Assembly (NCBI GenBank): GCA_964016885.1
Contig: OZ024756.1
Location: 33,294,001-33,358,000 of the forward strand
From: Eledone cirrhosa
Lineage: Eukaryota
DNA: 64,000 nucleotides
Direction: 5' to 3'
The translations under genes were made by a program, and so were the position numbers. Below are positions 1-13,505 of the stretch, one piece after another (position 1 is the first letter of the stretch; the number at the start of each line of letters is the position of its first letter). A model generated the notes under the pieces. It saw only the letters and a list, made by a program, of their open reading frames with translations. It was not told the DNA's origin and searched no databases.

Positions 1-180
1 TCTGGAATCTATAACCCATGGAACGCAGAGTAGACACACGATAATTAAAAGTATAAATTAAAGTGTAAATACATACCTCGATAACTATCTTCCATGGGTT
101 ATATATTCCATACACTGGTTGTTTTTCCCTGTTTGATTGATGGCGCACTATCTCTCTCTAGTGTGTTACCTTTTCAACAT

Positions 181-249
<69 letters not shown>

Positions 250-256
<7 letters not shown>

Positions 257-596
257 TGAAATCGAAAATGCAACTGAAGTCTTATTTTTTTTTTAAATAT
301 ATATATTTATTTGGTTCCTTTACCGGTTTCGCAGTTCTTCTGCTTTTCAAAAGTAGAGTTGAGATGGAGGGTCTGTGGTTTTTCTCACATCTGTGAGAAA
401 AACCACAGACCCTCCATCTCAACTCTACTTTTGAAAAGCAGAAGAACTGCGAAATCGGTAAAGGAACCAAATAAATATATATATTTAAAAAAAAAATAAG
501 ACTTCAGTTGCATTTTCGATTTCATCTCTTTTTCTTTATACTTTCACTCGTGTAGGACACCTCGGTTATTTTTCATTTTGTAAAAAAAAACCTCAC

Positions 597-603
<7 letters not shown>
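250..603. mobile_element. Fold-back element family A with hammerhead motifs at 318-353 (-) and 428-463 (+)
   Basis: Arms of ~140 bp centred at ~390, flanked by (GA)n and (TA)n. Motif CTT-TTGAAAA-GCAG(AAGAA)CTGC-GAAA-CCGG-TA-AAG. Confidence 0.75.
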
Positions 604-628
<25 letters not shown>

Positions 629-718
629 TAATATACATATATATATATTTATTAAAATAACAGATTAAAGTTTAAGCAAAGAATCGCTTCAAGTTTATTA
701 TTATTACTATATACATAC

Positions 719-818
<100 letters not shown>

Positions 819-2117
819 GATTAGAAATAGCACGGAATATATATTTCATGGTCTGTTTTTCTTTTTTTTTTTTGCTTTCCCTATATGTGTGTGTGCGTGT
901 GTGTGTGTGTGTGTGTGCGTAAATTTTCATATTTTTTATTCATATAGAAGTCTATTGTCCAATGTGCCTGCTTCTAATATAAGGCGACTGGTAGTGATTC
1001 GATGGAAATTGCTGCTATTTATTAGAAGTCGCAGTACGGTTGTGTGCGTGAGGTAATGTATGTTTTATTTATGGATGGAGTAACACCAGGGAGGGGTTAG
1101 GTAAGACAGGAATGTTTCAGTTACTTATATAGAAATGCTAACATTAGCTGTTTTATACTTACAACATCATAATTTTTCCTGTCGAAGATTATCTTGTGAC
1201 TAATGCTTCTATCTGATTTGCATTTTTCACAATTTTTTTCTTTCTTTTAACACGGTGATACTCCATATGGAATCTGAAATGAAATAATTTTTATAACATG
1301 AATAGGAATTTTGAATAAACAATGAATGGCTATTGCAGCAAATAATATAACATTTATGCAATGGACACAAAGGAAATATTGTACCTTGACTAAATATGAT
1401 GAACACCTAAAGTCTGCATCAGTTTTTCAGTTCTTGTCTCGCAAATGACTTATTAACCTGCTTCACTGAATGAAACACTATAGTTGATTAGAAACAATAT
1501 GTGATATGCCATTCTGAATGCTTTTATAAAGCAAGTCAACGTTATATCCTATGTTTTTTTTATTCTGAAATAAGAATCCTATATCATAAAATATTATCTA
1601 GAAGTGAAAGTAATTGCTTTGTTTTATTTTTCTTACATTTTCACTGCTATAGCTTTGTTTAGGATATATATGTGTATGTGGAGGTGTGTATGTGTATATG
1701 GGAGGGTGAGTGTTTTTTTTATTTATACTTGTAGATTCTACATGTTCGACGAACATGACATTCTGCTAATTTAGGATGTCATACCATGAGTTGGCCTTCA
1801 CTCTCTTCTACTTAATTCTCTCTATGCTATTCCACGATTTGCTTGTGTTTAGTAAATCCCATTCACATCATTCTGTAAAATGGTTTTGAATTTAGCCATG
1901 GCTTTTTTGTACACCCGATCCTGTCTCTTTTACGATAAGAAGAGAAATGCAAACGTTGGATGAAGAGCTGTGGGTGTGTCGTTCAATCTGAGCAATCGCA
2001 GATGCAGGACACATTTCTCATCACCCTTACGAGGTCCGCTATCAAGATATTGAACTTAGCACTATCTGAGATATATGATTTAGTAGATGAGGCACAAAAG
2101 AGAACAGGTATTCATTG

Positions 2118-2161
<44 letters not shown>

Positions 2162-2170
<9 letters not shown>

Positions 2171-2500
2171 GATGGTTTCTTTTACAAAATAAAAAAAAAA
2201 CGAGACGTCCTACACGAGTGAAAGTATAAGGAAAAAGATGAAGTCGAAAAATGCAACTGGAGTCTTTTTTAAGAATATTTATTTGGTTCCTTTACCGGTT
2301 TCGCAGTTCTTGTGCTTTTCAAAAGTAAAATTGAGATGGAGGGTTTGTGGTTTTTCTCACATCAGATACGAGAAAAAACCACAAACAATCCATCTCAATT
2401 CTACTTTTGAAAAGCACAAGAACTACGAAACCGGTAAAGGAACCAAATAAATATTCTTAAAAAGACTCCAGTTGCATTTTCGATTTCATATTTCTTCCCT
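2162..2500. mobile_element. Fold-back element family A, second copy; hammerheads 2290-2325 (-) and 2404-2439 (+)
   Basis: Homologous to 250-603 with the long arm on the opposite side; (TA)n on both flanks. Confidence 0.75.
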
Positions 2501-4178
2501 ATATATATATATATATATATAACTTACATGCCTACACAAGAGCAAGAATGATGAGGTCATTCTACTGACATGGCTTTAAAGAGGCTGTTTGCATATTACA
2601 AACGAATCGAATATTATTAATATTCGAAAAACTCAGATTACATTTAATATATATATATATATATATATACCTTTCTATACCTTTCATTTATATATATATA
2701 TATGCTTGCATTTTTATATGTATATATAGATCTAAATTATTCAAATTTAGTTTTTATCTCCCCATTTAACGCCCACGTTAGAAAGTGAAATAGGCTTCGT
2801 CTGTGTATATAAGTCTCATTTGTCGCCTTTTCCTATCTTCGTTTAGATAGAGGAATCTACATAAATATATAAACACTCACTCACTCATACGCAAACATAC
2901 TCACACATAGCTCTCTATGTATCTATGTGTGAGCATGTTTGCGTATGTGTGAGTGAGTGTATTACTTTTATGTACGTATACATTGTTACTGCAATGAATA
3001 CGAAAGAAGCCTATTTAAATTTAAAATATATTCAGCATAATATTTCGTACGTAATAAAATAAACAAACAAACATTCAAATAAAATCTGTAAAATTAAATC
3101 ATGGCGTAAAGGATATTTTCGCCCTTTGCATTTATTGCCAATAAAAATAACGATACTATGTGTGCAGCCATTCATATCCTATTGATAGTTTAGAGCCTAA
3201 ACATGACTTTTTAATAGTTAATACGACAACCCAAACCTCTTTGAACTCGTATTTCATAAATCTGCAAAACTATCAACCAAAACAAGGAGGAAAACTAACA
3301 TCATTTTTACACTTAATTTAAATTTCTATCTTTAAATAATAAAATATTTATTTCGAAAGAAAAAAAATATTGAAAAGGTGTAATAAAATATGAATTTCAT
3401 ATCATACATATTCTTTCTATTTGGGAAATAATTCATGCTTTCTTTATTTAAAGAGTTGTGTTGTTTGTATAATTTCATGAGGTTAAAACTGTTTAACTAA
3501 TAAATTATATGTTGATGTATAATGCACAACATATAACCCAGTTCGATAATCATACGCACGGAGATGCAATATTTAAAACCCTATTCGGTTCTGTGAATCG
3601 TTATTTTAAACTATCGATTTAAATCAAGATTGATTTTATTTGTATATTCTATTATATTATATATAACATTTAAAATTTATTCTGGTCAGGGTAGTGAGAT
3701 ACATCATAAGGATGCTAATGATGCTATTTCTGCGTGTTTTCTCTTCATAAAAGATTTCCAATTATTACAATATATATGATTTTTTATACTTTGATTATCT
3801 TTTTATAGTTATAATATATATAATCTATGATCACATAATTATATAAGTGTATGTCGTTAAGAGAATTTGTAAAAATTTATAAAAATGAAACAACCTATGT
3901 TCTTTACCAGACGATTTTAAATTTATCCTGGACAAAGAGATATAAAACTCCCATTAGGATGGTTTACGTACATACGTAACTGAGTCAATAAAATTAAAAA
4001 GGTGATTAAATCGCCAATTTTATATAATTTAAATAAATTTATGATGTACACTCATTATATACATATATGCACAGACGTACTCACACAAAGACACACACAC
4101 GCACACACACACACATATATATATATATATGTATGTATATATATATATATGTAAATGTATATATATATATATAAACGC

Positions 4179-4234
<56 letters not shown>

Positions 4235-5181
4235 GTGGGGGGGAGATAAACACTAACATTCAGACATATCTGTCAGGGTAGCACAAAGTAATGGATGTTT
4301 TTAAACATAAAATTTAAATCATATCAATATATCTCGCCTATCTAACCACATAATATATTTTATTAATCGACTTAGAATCTACACTTAGTTGCCAAAACGA
4401 AAAGAGAGGCTATTTATTCCTCTACCATAGATCTTTAAAGTCCTGGAAACGATAACTACTTGAAAAATGCTTTCACCTACACGATTTTCTTATTGTTTTG
4501 GGAGTTTTTTGGTTTCTTGCTAAACTTCTTAAAGATTCGTACATGCCCATCTCTTACTAATTTTGAATTCCTTTGCGACCAACTTTGCCTTTCATCAATT
4601 AAATTACCAGTTTGGCACTCGAGTCGATTCGTTATCTATCCCCCATACTCTGGGTTATGTCGGCTGTTTTTCAACCTTGATAAAGATGAGAACTCTCAGC
4701 ATTAAAATGCCTTAGGCAGTGCCCTTACAATTACATTACGAGTAAATAGACCAGCGCCATTGATAGAGAATTCGTATTTACAGTCACTTGAGTGTTTCAA
4801 GCATATAATTTGCTATTTTGTAGATGATTTATTTAGATACTTTTAACGATATTTACTTTTCCTCCATGTTATTATTGCAGTTAAGTATTTGTCAATTGGT
4901 TATATGTATTTATTTAACGTCGTAAGTGTCCTTCTCTGTTGTAGAGTTTAAATCGCCTTTCACCTCATTTAGCCTACCATGAGTAAGTTGTGATAACATC
5001 CCTATAGCATTAAATAAATCTATTTGTCTATGAATGTAACTAACATATATTTATGTTTAATTACAGAACGTATCTTGTCATATATATATATATATATATG
5101 ACTGTCTTTGTGTATGTGTGTATACTATCTAATTATTTATATCTTTCTAAACATTATTTGTATCTCTTCTCTTCCATCTAG

Positions 5182-5469
5182 ATGAGCCTACCGCTGAAAT
5201 CGGTAAAGATGTCATTTATTCGGGACCAGGCCAAACATTGTCAATTATCTGCACGGTAGAAGGTAGTCCTACCCCTGATGTAAGCTGGTTCTTCAGCGGG
5301 AACGTGATTACTGACTTTTCTGGAAGAACAACAAGACTCAGTAAAGTTAAGGGTTCAAACATTCAACATGAGTTGACGATACGTCGATTGATTATAGGTG
5401 ATATGGGACAATATGAATGTTTAGCGAGCAATCGATATGGCCAATTTAACGATGCTGTTAATATTACTG
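5182..5469 (+). CDS. Internal exon, Ig (I-set-like) domain of a GPI-anchored IgSF cell-adhesion protein (klingon/lachesin-like); upstream exons lie outside the window
   Basis: Acceptor ttccatctag|AT, donor G|gtaaga, phase 1-1. Translates xEPTAEIGKDVIYSGPGQTLSIICTVEGSPTPDVSWF...HELTIRRLIIGDMGQYECLASNRYGQFNDAVNIT, showing the Ig C...W...DxGxYxC motif. Confidence 0.93.
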
Positions 5470-6435
5470 GTAAGAATTGATATATTTATATTGAGAGACG
5501 TGAAAATGAGTTCCCAATACCGGGGCAGGTTTTAAATATACTTTATTATAGATATGTGGTAAGTATTGTTATTCTGGAGCACTCACAGGCTTATCAAACA
5601 CTTCTTGTTGCTGGAAGTGTGACAACTTACGACTGACTCCTTTATTCGTAATGTTGCTGATGTTGGGGATGATAAATAATTGATATTAGTTGGCCATTTT
5701 CCTTCCTAAAACGTTGGCAGTTTCTTCATGCACCTCACTTATTTTTTCTTGGGACAAAGATTTGTAGTCTTAAGGCCATCCTGGCGTTAAACCATTTCGT
5801 GACCATTTCCGATACAAAACACATATTCTAAACTGGAATAAGTGTTTTCATGCAATGAAATTATGTTAATAGATATTAGCTTATATGTTAATAGATATTA
5901 GCTCATAGTTTTACCCAATATTCTCTTGCAATTGTAAATATTAGCAATGATTTATATATTTAAAATACGACAGTATTATTAATATTAGATTAGACTAGAG
6001 CTATGGTTTAATTTATATAAAATGATCTAATGAGAATGATTAAATGTATAGCAAATGAAAGCAAGTAATTATTTTGATATATTGCACACATTATGAAAGT
6101 GTATAACTCAAGTAATTAGAGTAAGATCAGCTGCCAATTTAAATGTGAGTAGATATCAAATTACATGAAATTCACAGCAGTGATTAGATATAAATAAATT
6201 ACATGGCAACATTTGGTGATAACTTCAAAGAAATGTTTAAAAAATTAAAGCAATCCTACATTAATATCGTTCGAAGAAAGACATGAAGGACGAAGTTTGA
6301 TGCATACGAGTACTTTCAAATTCTTTTTCTAATAGTTATTACGTTATCATTACTTAAATCAGGGAAAGTAAATACCTAAAGATATTTCAATTGTCTTCTG
6401 AATATACATACATATATATATACATATATATGTCC

Positions 6436-6487
<52 letters not shown>

Positions 6488-6489
<2 letters not shown>

Positions 6490-6685
6490 AAGGAAATGTG
6501 GTAAGGAACCAGGTGGACCATAACGCACCAAAGTACTCAATACTTAGGGTAGTAGAGTGGGTAATAGGAACGAATAGGACCCCGAGGGCTGAGCTCAAGC
6601 CGTTTCGACGGCTAATTCTGGACTAAACGAAAATGTTTATCCTGGTATTTGAATAGCCGAGCTTCTGAGGGGGTAATTCCATATA
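6488..6685 (-). mobile_element. (TA)n-adjacent element family J with degenerate hammerhead-like fold at 6579-6674
   Basis: Stem I ACCCC/GGGGT, long stem II CGGCTA...TAGCCG, GAAA, stem III GGCT..AGCC, TC. The 5' core reads CTCAGAA (non-consensus). Second, shorter copy at 41505-41605. Confidence 0.5.
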
Positions 6686-6754
6686 TGGTAAAAGTGATTG
6701 TCACATATAATTAACAGGGCATTAATTTTGTGTTGTCTTTTTTTTTCTTTTCAG

Positions 6755-6876
6755 CCATACCTAAAAAGGTAGTCATTACGAGCCCGCAAGTTAGCGAGTA
6801 CAGCGAGGCTTACCGGATTTCATGGACTGTGTGGTCAGCCAGTCAACTTGTGTCCAACAGGATATTACTAAGAATG
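6755..6876 (+). CDS. Exon, N-terminal half of FN3 domain of the same IgSF protein
   Basis: Long polypyrimidine tract ttttcag|CC, donor ATG|gtaagg, phase 1-0. AIPKKVVITSPQVSEYSEAYRISWTVWSASQLVSNRILLRM has the FN3 strand-B Trp and is in frame with the previous exon. Confidence 0.88.
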
Positions 6877-7055
6877 GTAAGGACAATTTGATATATGTAC
6901 CATATGTATGGCCTCGTAATTCTTGATGGAGTTGTACAGGCTTTACTTAGATCACTTTAAACTTTGCGGAGATGAACTCTCCAGGTCTGAAATTCTCCAG
7001 AGTAGGAGGGAGAGTGAAAGGGAAGGAGAGAGAAATTGATATCAAAGAATCGACT

Positions 7056-7540
7056 CTAGTATTAAACTGGCACTACTTGATCGACCACGAAAGAATGAAA
7101 AGTAGATTTAACTTCGGTGGAATTTGAAGTCTGAGCGAAAAGGGTTAGTAGAATAACGCAAGGTATTCTATCCCGTTTTTTAAAGATTCTGTGAAATTGT
7201 TGCTACAAATAGAATAAATAAGAGTCGGTCTTCGGATCGGACCAAACAAATTATGTTCCACTAGTCTTTCAATTGCGGTTACTATCTGCCGGTCGTAGCT
7301 GTTTGCGGGGTCGAGCAGCATTTCTACTCAGAATGCACAACAGCACCACCATATTAAATAATTGTTTCTACATTTGGTACAAGGCCAGCAATTAAATCAT
7401 TGCATTACTGGTACTTTGTTTTATGTTTTATTGACCCCGTGAGGATGAAAGGCAAAGTTAACCTCGTTGAGCTCAGACAATATTAAATAATGCAAAGTTC
7501 CACGTCAGACTATTTTGCATATCTACCAATCCGCCGCTCT
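7056..7540 (-). mobile_element. Two tRNA-derived SINE copies (older 7056-7205; 7360-7540)
   Basis: Reverse complement of the shared core GCCTTTCATCC..GGGGTCGATAAA..AAGTACCAG. Confidence 0.75.
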
Positions 7541-8475
7541 TGAAATTATATTTTAATTATCACTCCCAAAGATTGGCCTCGATGAAATTTGACATTGGAA
7601 TACAGGAAGCAGGAAGAAAATCCGACGTATCTGCTAGGAATTAAACTGAGAAAATATATAAGATATTCAGCAGGTTTAGATACACGTACATTCGTACATA
7701 CACACAAACATGATTTCATTTACACGTGCATAGGTCGCATCATTCAGATCCACACATGGAATGTCAAGCATTAATCCACACATATGCTAGCTAGATGATG
7801 TTTAACTCTAAATTTTAATGAAAGATCCTTGTGTTGTCATACAAACCGATAGTTTATTGTTAAGAAATTTTGAAAAACAAACACTTAACATATATACTCA
7901 CATACATTACATCATTCTGTAAGCGAAAATAAAACAACTTGTTATTGGAGTAAATTAAAAATGATTATACACTTCTAACAACATGTGAAGTTGCAATCGT
8001 AAAGTTTGCTAAACACGACCAGCTAAGATATACAGAATAAATAAGAAAAACGAGAAGAGATGGCCGAGGGTAGTTTAAGATGTAGAGGAAGAAATATGTA
8101 GAAGTGTGAAAATAAAAGTAAAATATTAGATTACAACAAGTAAAACATATTCGAGATGAAAATATTGATGTTTCTTGCAAATTACATACGTTTGATGTAA
8201 CCAGAAGCCACGTAGTATTTTAGTTATTTTAACATGGACATATTTCTTTTTAATTTTACTGTATCATGGCATAGTTTCATGACTGTCTGCTATAGTTTAT
8301 TGAAATTCTTTAGCGAAACTAATATCGATTTCAGGAATTGGCATAAGGCAATACATTGTACATAGAGCGAAGGTATAGTCAGTCGGCAGTCGATCATATC
8401 AACTACGCTGCTAGTACGTTACTAGTTCTTTATAGTATCGATCTCTTAAATAATGTAAAGAAGCAAAGATGTCTC

Positions 8476-9333
8476 TGGTGGGAGTTCTATTCAGAAAGGT
8501 TAAGAACCGTATCTTACGCCCTGGAGGGATGCTTTACTGGGTTGTTCGTCGTCTGCCATGCCATTCCCCCAGTTTTAGCGAATGTTGGCACAATACCACG
8601 ACGTTGGAGAGAGCATCTGATTGATTATATCAAGCATCAATTTTTCACGCCAACTTTGCTTTTAAAAGCCTTGGTAGTTTGAATAGCAAAATAAACAAAT
8701 TGAACTCAAAATTCAAGGAAAATTGGCAGCATATAGGAGCATATACATATTCACCAAAACCTGCTAGAGATAGCAGATAGATTCTCTTTGAATTACATAC
8801 TGCCATTTTTTATATAAATAGGTTAGTAACTGACAGTCATTCATTTCATAATAAATATAGTTGTTTCTATTTTGGCACAAAGCCATTAAATACCCCAGTG
8901 CATTACTGGTGGTAGTTCTATGCAGAAAGGTGAAGAACCGTATCTTACGCCCTCAAGGGATGCTTTACTGGGTTATTCGTCGATGCCATTGCCCCATCTT
9001 TAGCGAATGTTGGCACAATACCACGACGTTGGAGAGAGCATCTGATTGATTATATCAAGCATCAATTTTTCACGCAAAATTTGCTTTTAAAAGCCTCGGT
9101 AGTTTGAATAGCAAAATAAACAAATTGAACTCAAAACTCAAGGAAAATTGGCAGCATATAGGAGCATATACATATTCACCAAAACCTGCTAGAGATAGCA
9201 GATAGATTCTCTTTGAATTACATACTGCCATTTTTTATATAAATAGGTTAGTACTGACAGTCATTCATTTCATAATAAATATAGTTGTTTCAATTTTGAC
9301 ACAAGGCCAGCAAATCGCCAGTGCATTACTGGT
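8476..9333. repeat. Tandem direct duplication, ~430-bp unit x2
   Basis: 8476-8905 is repeated at 8906-9333 with scattered substitutions; CTGGTGG at the junction. Confidence 0.9.
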
Positions 9334-9465
9334 ACTTTAATTTATCGACCCCATAAGGATGAAAGGCAAAGTTAACCTCGGCGGGATTTGAACTCAGACC
9401 GTAAAGAGGCGTAACTCTATTCTGCAAAGCATGGCGCCCGACTTTCTACCGATTCTGCCAACTGA
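9284..9465 (-). mobile_element. tRNA-derived SINE (octopod-type)
   Basis: A-box TGGCAGAATCGG, B-box GAGTTCAAATCC, conserved core and TGGCCTTGTG tail. Confidence 0.88.
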
Positions 9466-10014
9466 CTGATAAGAACTGAGGAGCAAATACACATCAAGAA
9501 TAGAACAAGCATCAATATGACCAACAACAAAAATAACAATAGTAACCATGCTACAGCCATCACTAACAACAACACCGACAACAACAAAAGCAGCAACAGA
9601 AGAAACATCGCTAACAACAAAAGAAATAGCAGCGAAAGCACTATCCACAGCAACAACATCACCACTACAACAGCAGAAACAGCTTCACAACAACAAAAAA
9701 AAACCAGAAAAATTGACATCACAAGCATAAGAATGAGAAAAAATAATAAAATATCAAGAAGAATAACTCTTCAACACTCCCAACAACACCCACAAGGAAC
9801 TTTCTTCAACACTCTAACAATTCTGCCAATCTAGCGTTTCTTTTGTAGTGAAAAGTATATTGATAGACATTTGTCTCGTAGATAGATAGATATTGATGTG
9901 TAATTAAACAGTAGACGAACACAGCTATCTAAGGTATTGATTTGGGTCTAGCCTCGAAACGGTTGCGAAAACGGCATCAGTATGAAAAGAGAAAACACAT
10001 GTATATATATGAAA

Positions 10015-10168
<154 letters not shown>

Positions 10169-10548
10169 TCATAGAGACACATATATATGGAAGAGAGTCT
10201 ATGTGTGTGTGCATTAGTGTGGGTGTAGGTGATGTTTGCTTAGTGGATCTGCTGTTCGATACACTATTGTGAAAATATGAGTTCGATACTCCATGGTGTA
10301 TTGTGGATTTGAAATAAACACTTGTTTCATGTCATTTAAATACACAATACCAGTAATACAAAGGACAAGCCGTGTCGCAAACTGTATCGTACCGAATCTG
10401 CTCCGAGGGAAATAAGGGAAGGGCAATATAGGGTCGATAAAATTGTTGGCCTTATCTCTAAATCAGAAATCAGTATTTCAAACTATATATAAATATGACA
10501 CCATGAAACTTCATATGACTTTTAATTCTTTAATTATTCTCTTCACAG

Positions 10549-10753
10549 ATTAATTTTACAGAGCCGAAAGAATGGCAAGAAATTAATGTACCTGTGGAGA
10601 AAACTAAATTCAGGGGACGAGCACAAAAATATGATCTCACCTTTGACATGACCGGCCTAACTGCCGAAACTACATATGAGGCTATGATACAAGCCGAGAA
10701 TGATTATGGCTATGGCGAGTTTAGTGACGTCCTAGTATTTGAAACCCCAAAAT
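10549..10753 (+). CDS. Exon, C-terminal half of FN3 domain
   Basis: cttcacag|ATT and T|gtaagt, phase 0-1. INFTEPKEWQEINVP...MTGLTAETTYEAMIQAENDYGYGEFSDVLVFETPK contains the FN3 LxPxTxY...AxNxxGxG signature. Confidence 0.92.
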
Positions 10754-10906
10754 GTAAGTAAAGAATTTACAATTTCTTCATTGAAACATAATAATAAAAT
10801 AAATTATTAATATATAAAAGGCGGTTAAAATAAATCAGACGCTGAAGACAAGGAGTTTAATTTCAGTTGAACGCTTATGATGTGCAGAGTTGTATGAACA
10901 ATTATG

Positions 10907-10954
<48 letters not shown>

Positions 10955-10957
10955 ATA

Positions 10958-11016
<59 letters not shown>

Positions 11017-11079
11017 CATATTTATAAATATATATATATACATATATATATATATAAATATTATATATATATTTATATT

Positions 11080-11167
<88 letters not shown>

Positions 11168-11286
11168 GCATAATTTATTTGATTTTAATTCTCATTAACG
11201 AAACGCGTGTACGATAATGATTTATTTGATTCTAGCAAGAACTATGGTCATTCGCTTAACACATAGAACCTGAAACATATTTATAA

Positions 11287-11318
<32 letters not shown>

Positions 11319-11341
11319 ATATATATATATATATAATATAT

Positions 11342-11806
11342 CTCTCCCGGTGATTTTGGATGGCCATTGACTCTTAAGAGCTCTTAGCCTTTGTCAAGGC
11401 AGAATTCTAGGAGAAGGAAAACTCTGATATAACACCTGCAACCCTGATGGTATCCAATGATGTTGACTTGTTCTTCTTTTTGGTAAATATCATCTTGGTT
11501 AAGAGAGTGGGACTGGCTTTGTGCAGTGCCTTTGCTCACTATAAAAGCTTCACGGCACAGGCATTGCTTTATATCTGGAGATCTCTCTGCACTTGTCCTC
11601 ACATGAGCCCAGCACTATGTGTCAATGGTTGTCCTACCATGGGCCCAGCACTATGTGTCAATGGTTGTCACAGGTGTAGTGTTTGTACCAGAGGTTTCAA
11701 GTCGCTGGCTGGACTAAAAAGTCACACTCGTTCAGCGCTTCGGTAGGGGTTATCCTACATGGATGTAAAGTAGTGGCCGTACTCGAAAACGAGTTGGCAG
11801 CCACCA
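11342..11806 (+). mobile_element. Probable LINE (RTE-like) 3' remnant with terminal C2H2 finger
   Basis: GC-richer island in (TA)n. Ends HRCSVCTRGFKSLAGLKSHTR..* plus a short UTR with CTCG-AAAA-CGAG hairpin. Internal 36-bp duplication. Confidence 0.5.
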
Positions 11807-12033
11807 TATAATATATATATATATATATAGTATTAGTTATACTATTTATGGTTATGTAAACACAAAACCTTAAGCAGTTGTAAGTATTTTACACACACCC
11901 TAAATAGTGGTAGGCAGTAATGTATTACTACCTTATTACCAGTAAGTTAAGTAGCTCAATGTAAAAACATCAGATGATTTACAGAGCAGTTATATGAAAT
12001 ATAAGAATCAAAGAACTGTTCAAAACATTATTG

Positions 12034-12080
12034 TGCTTACAGCTGTTTCCTCCAAACCGAGGTTTGGATTCTTCGGAGCA
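12034..12080 (-). ncRNA. Minimal type-I hammerhead ribozyme in PLE pseudo-LTR (U4C core variant)
   Basis: TGCT-CCGAAGA-A-TCCAAACC(TC)GGTTTGGA-G-GAAA-CAGCTG-TA-AGCA: stems I and II, palindromic stem III. Confidence 0.75.
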
Positions 12081-13505
12081 ATTTATTAATGCATGGACAG
12101 TTATATGACCTCCTTTTCAGCCGAGAGACATACCAATACATATTCAAACATTGTGGGTCAACATTCATTACAAAATTTAGAGTGGCAGTACACACTTCGA
12201 GATTACATTTATATTAATAGGTACAATCAAAAATCAAAGATATAGGTTAAAGTACAACATGAAGATAAGTGGTTATATAGTGCAAATGTTATATGTGTGG
12301 CACGCATGTGCGTCTTGTTTATATAGTGTGGCAGAGAGATATGTGTGGTAGAGGCACTTAGGTAGGTAAATAAGAGTGTTAGGTTGGTAGATCTGGTGGC
12401 AAAGTCTTTATATGATTGATGTAGTCTGTGTGTGGAGAAATATTATAAGTATTAAAGATAGTGCAAGCATTAAAAGTGTTATAAGTATTGGAGATGCACA
12501 ACGCAGGGATGTCAAGTAATTCATGTACTTCGGCATTTTCATGGTCAAGGGAGTGTATATTTCGATTATATGCCTTTCACATAATCCACGACAATCCAGT
12601 TAGAGATCGTAGTCTGGTGTTCTTTAGTTCGATACAGGAGGTTGTTACGTTTCGAGAGACGCCATTGAATACCGGAAGTGTGTGTGTGGCTAAGGGGAGT
12701 TAATGCATGCGGGGAGGTAACTCTGGGGTTTCTATATCTAGCCATTAAAATGTGTCCCAATATGGACCCTAAATTCTATGGTGAGGTGCACCTTCCAAGA
12801 GAGACTTTTAAAGCATAAAGTGCACTAACTATAGAGTAGTTTAACTAAATTATGCTGAAGGTGATCATATTATTATTAAGGTGGATTAACCCATCTTAAG
12901 GTGCTACAAATGGAAATTATAGATGATGAGCGAGGATTCTAAATTAATGATCTCTGTGGTTGTAGTCTGCTCATATGACCAGGCGCGGTGATTGCAGGAT
13001 TGCTTCAGGACCCAATGATCTCTGGTAAGATCTGGGTCATCGCTTGCTACATTGGATGTCGAAAGATAATCGTCCCCAGGCAGGCCAAAGGTCAATCCGC
13101 AGTCCTCGCGACCCCTCTCTGACCGTCAGATCATCCATATACGTACAACCCGCACGGCAGTTGCATTGCATTCACTCACTGCGCTCAGCAGCCCGGTCCT
13201 ACTGGTCAACAGCGCTACTCGATTAAATCATTTTACATCTGTCTAAGGAAGGTGTTTCCTCTGCCCAACACCATCCAACCGATCAATTCATGCTCAAATT
13301 ACCCTTAGAGCGGTGTAGTGCCGTCCAGGTGGGTGGATGTTGTCACACCTGCCGTAGAGGTATAAATGGGTATTTTCCCTGCGAAGGGTTCCAGAGGGAT
13401 GTCGTTGTTTGTGTTATAATGGATCAGCTAGTGTTGGGTATGTAGTATAGGGTGTGTCTCTGGTGTTTGATGCTAGATGTGGTGTTAGGTTCCAGTCCGA
13501 CATTG

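Noticed and set aside
282-499. Near-identical 62-aa ORFs on both strands, and a similar one at 2238
   Set aside because: A consequence of the family A palindrome; no ATG start and no recognisable domain.
9490-9830. Thr/Asn-rich ORF as an extra mucin exon
   Set aside because: Decayed (CAA)n-type low complexity with no convincing acceptor/donor pair in phase with the FN3 exons.
9940-9990. Additional hammerhead candidates near 9945-9985, 19894-19921 and 49560-49625
   Set aside because: Only partial motifs (GAAA-stem or stem I); complete cores could not be built.
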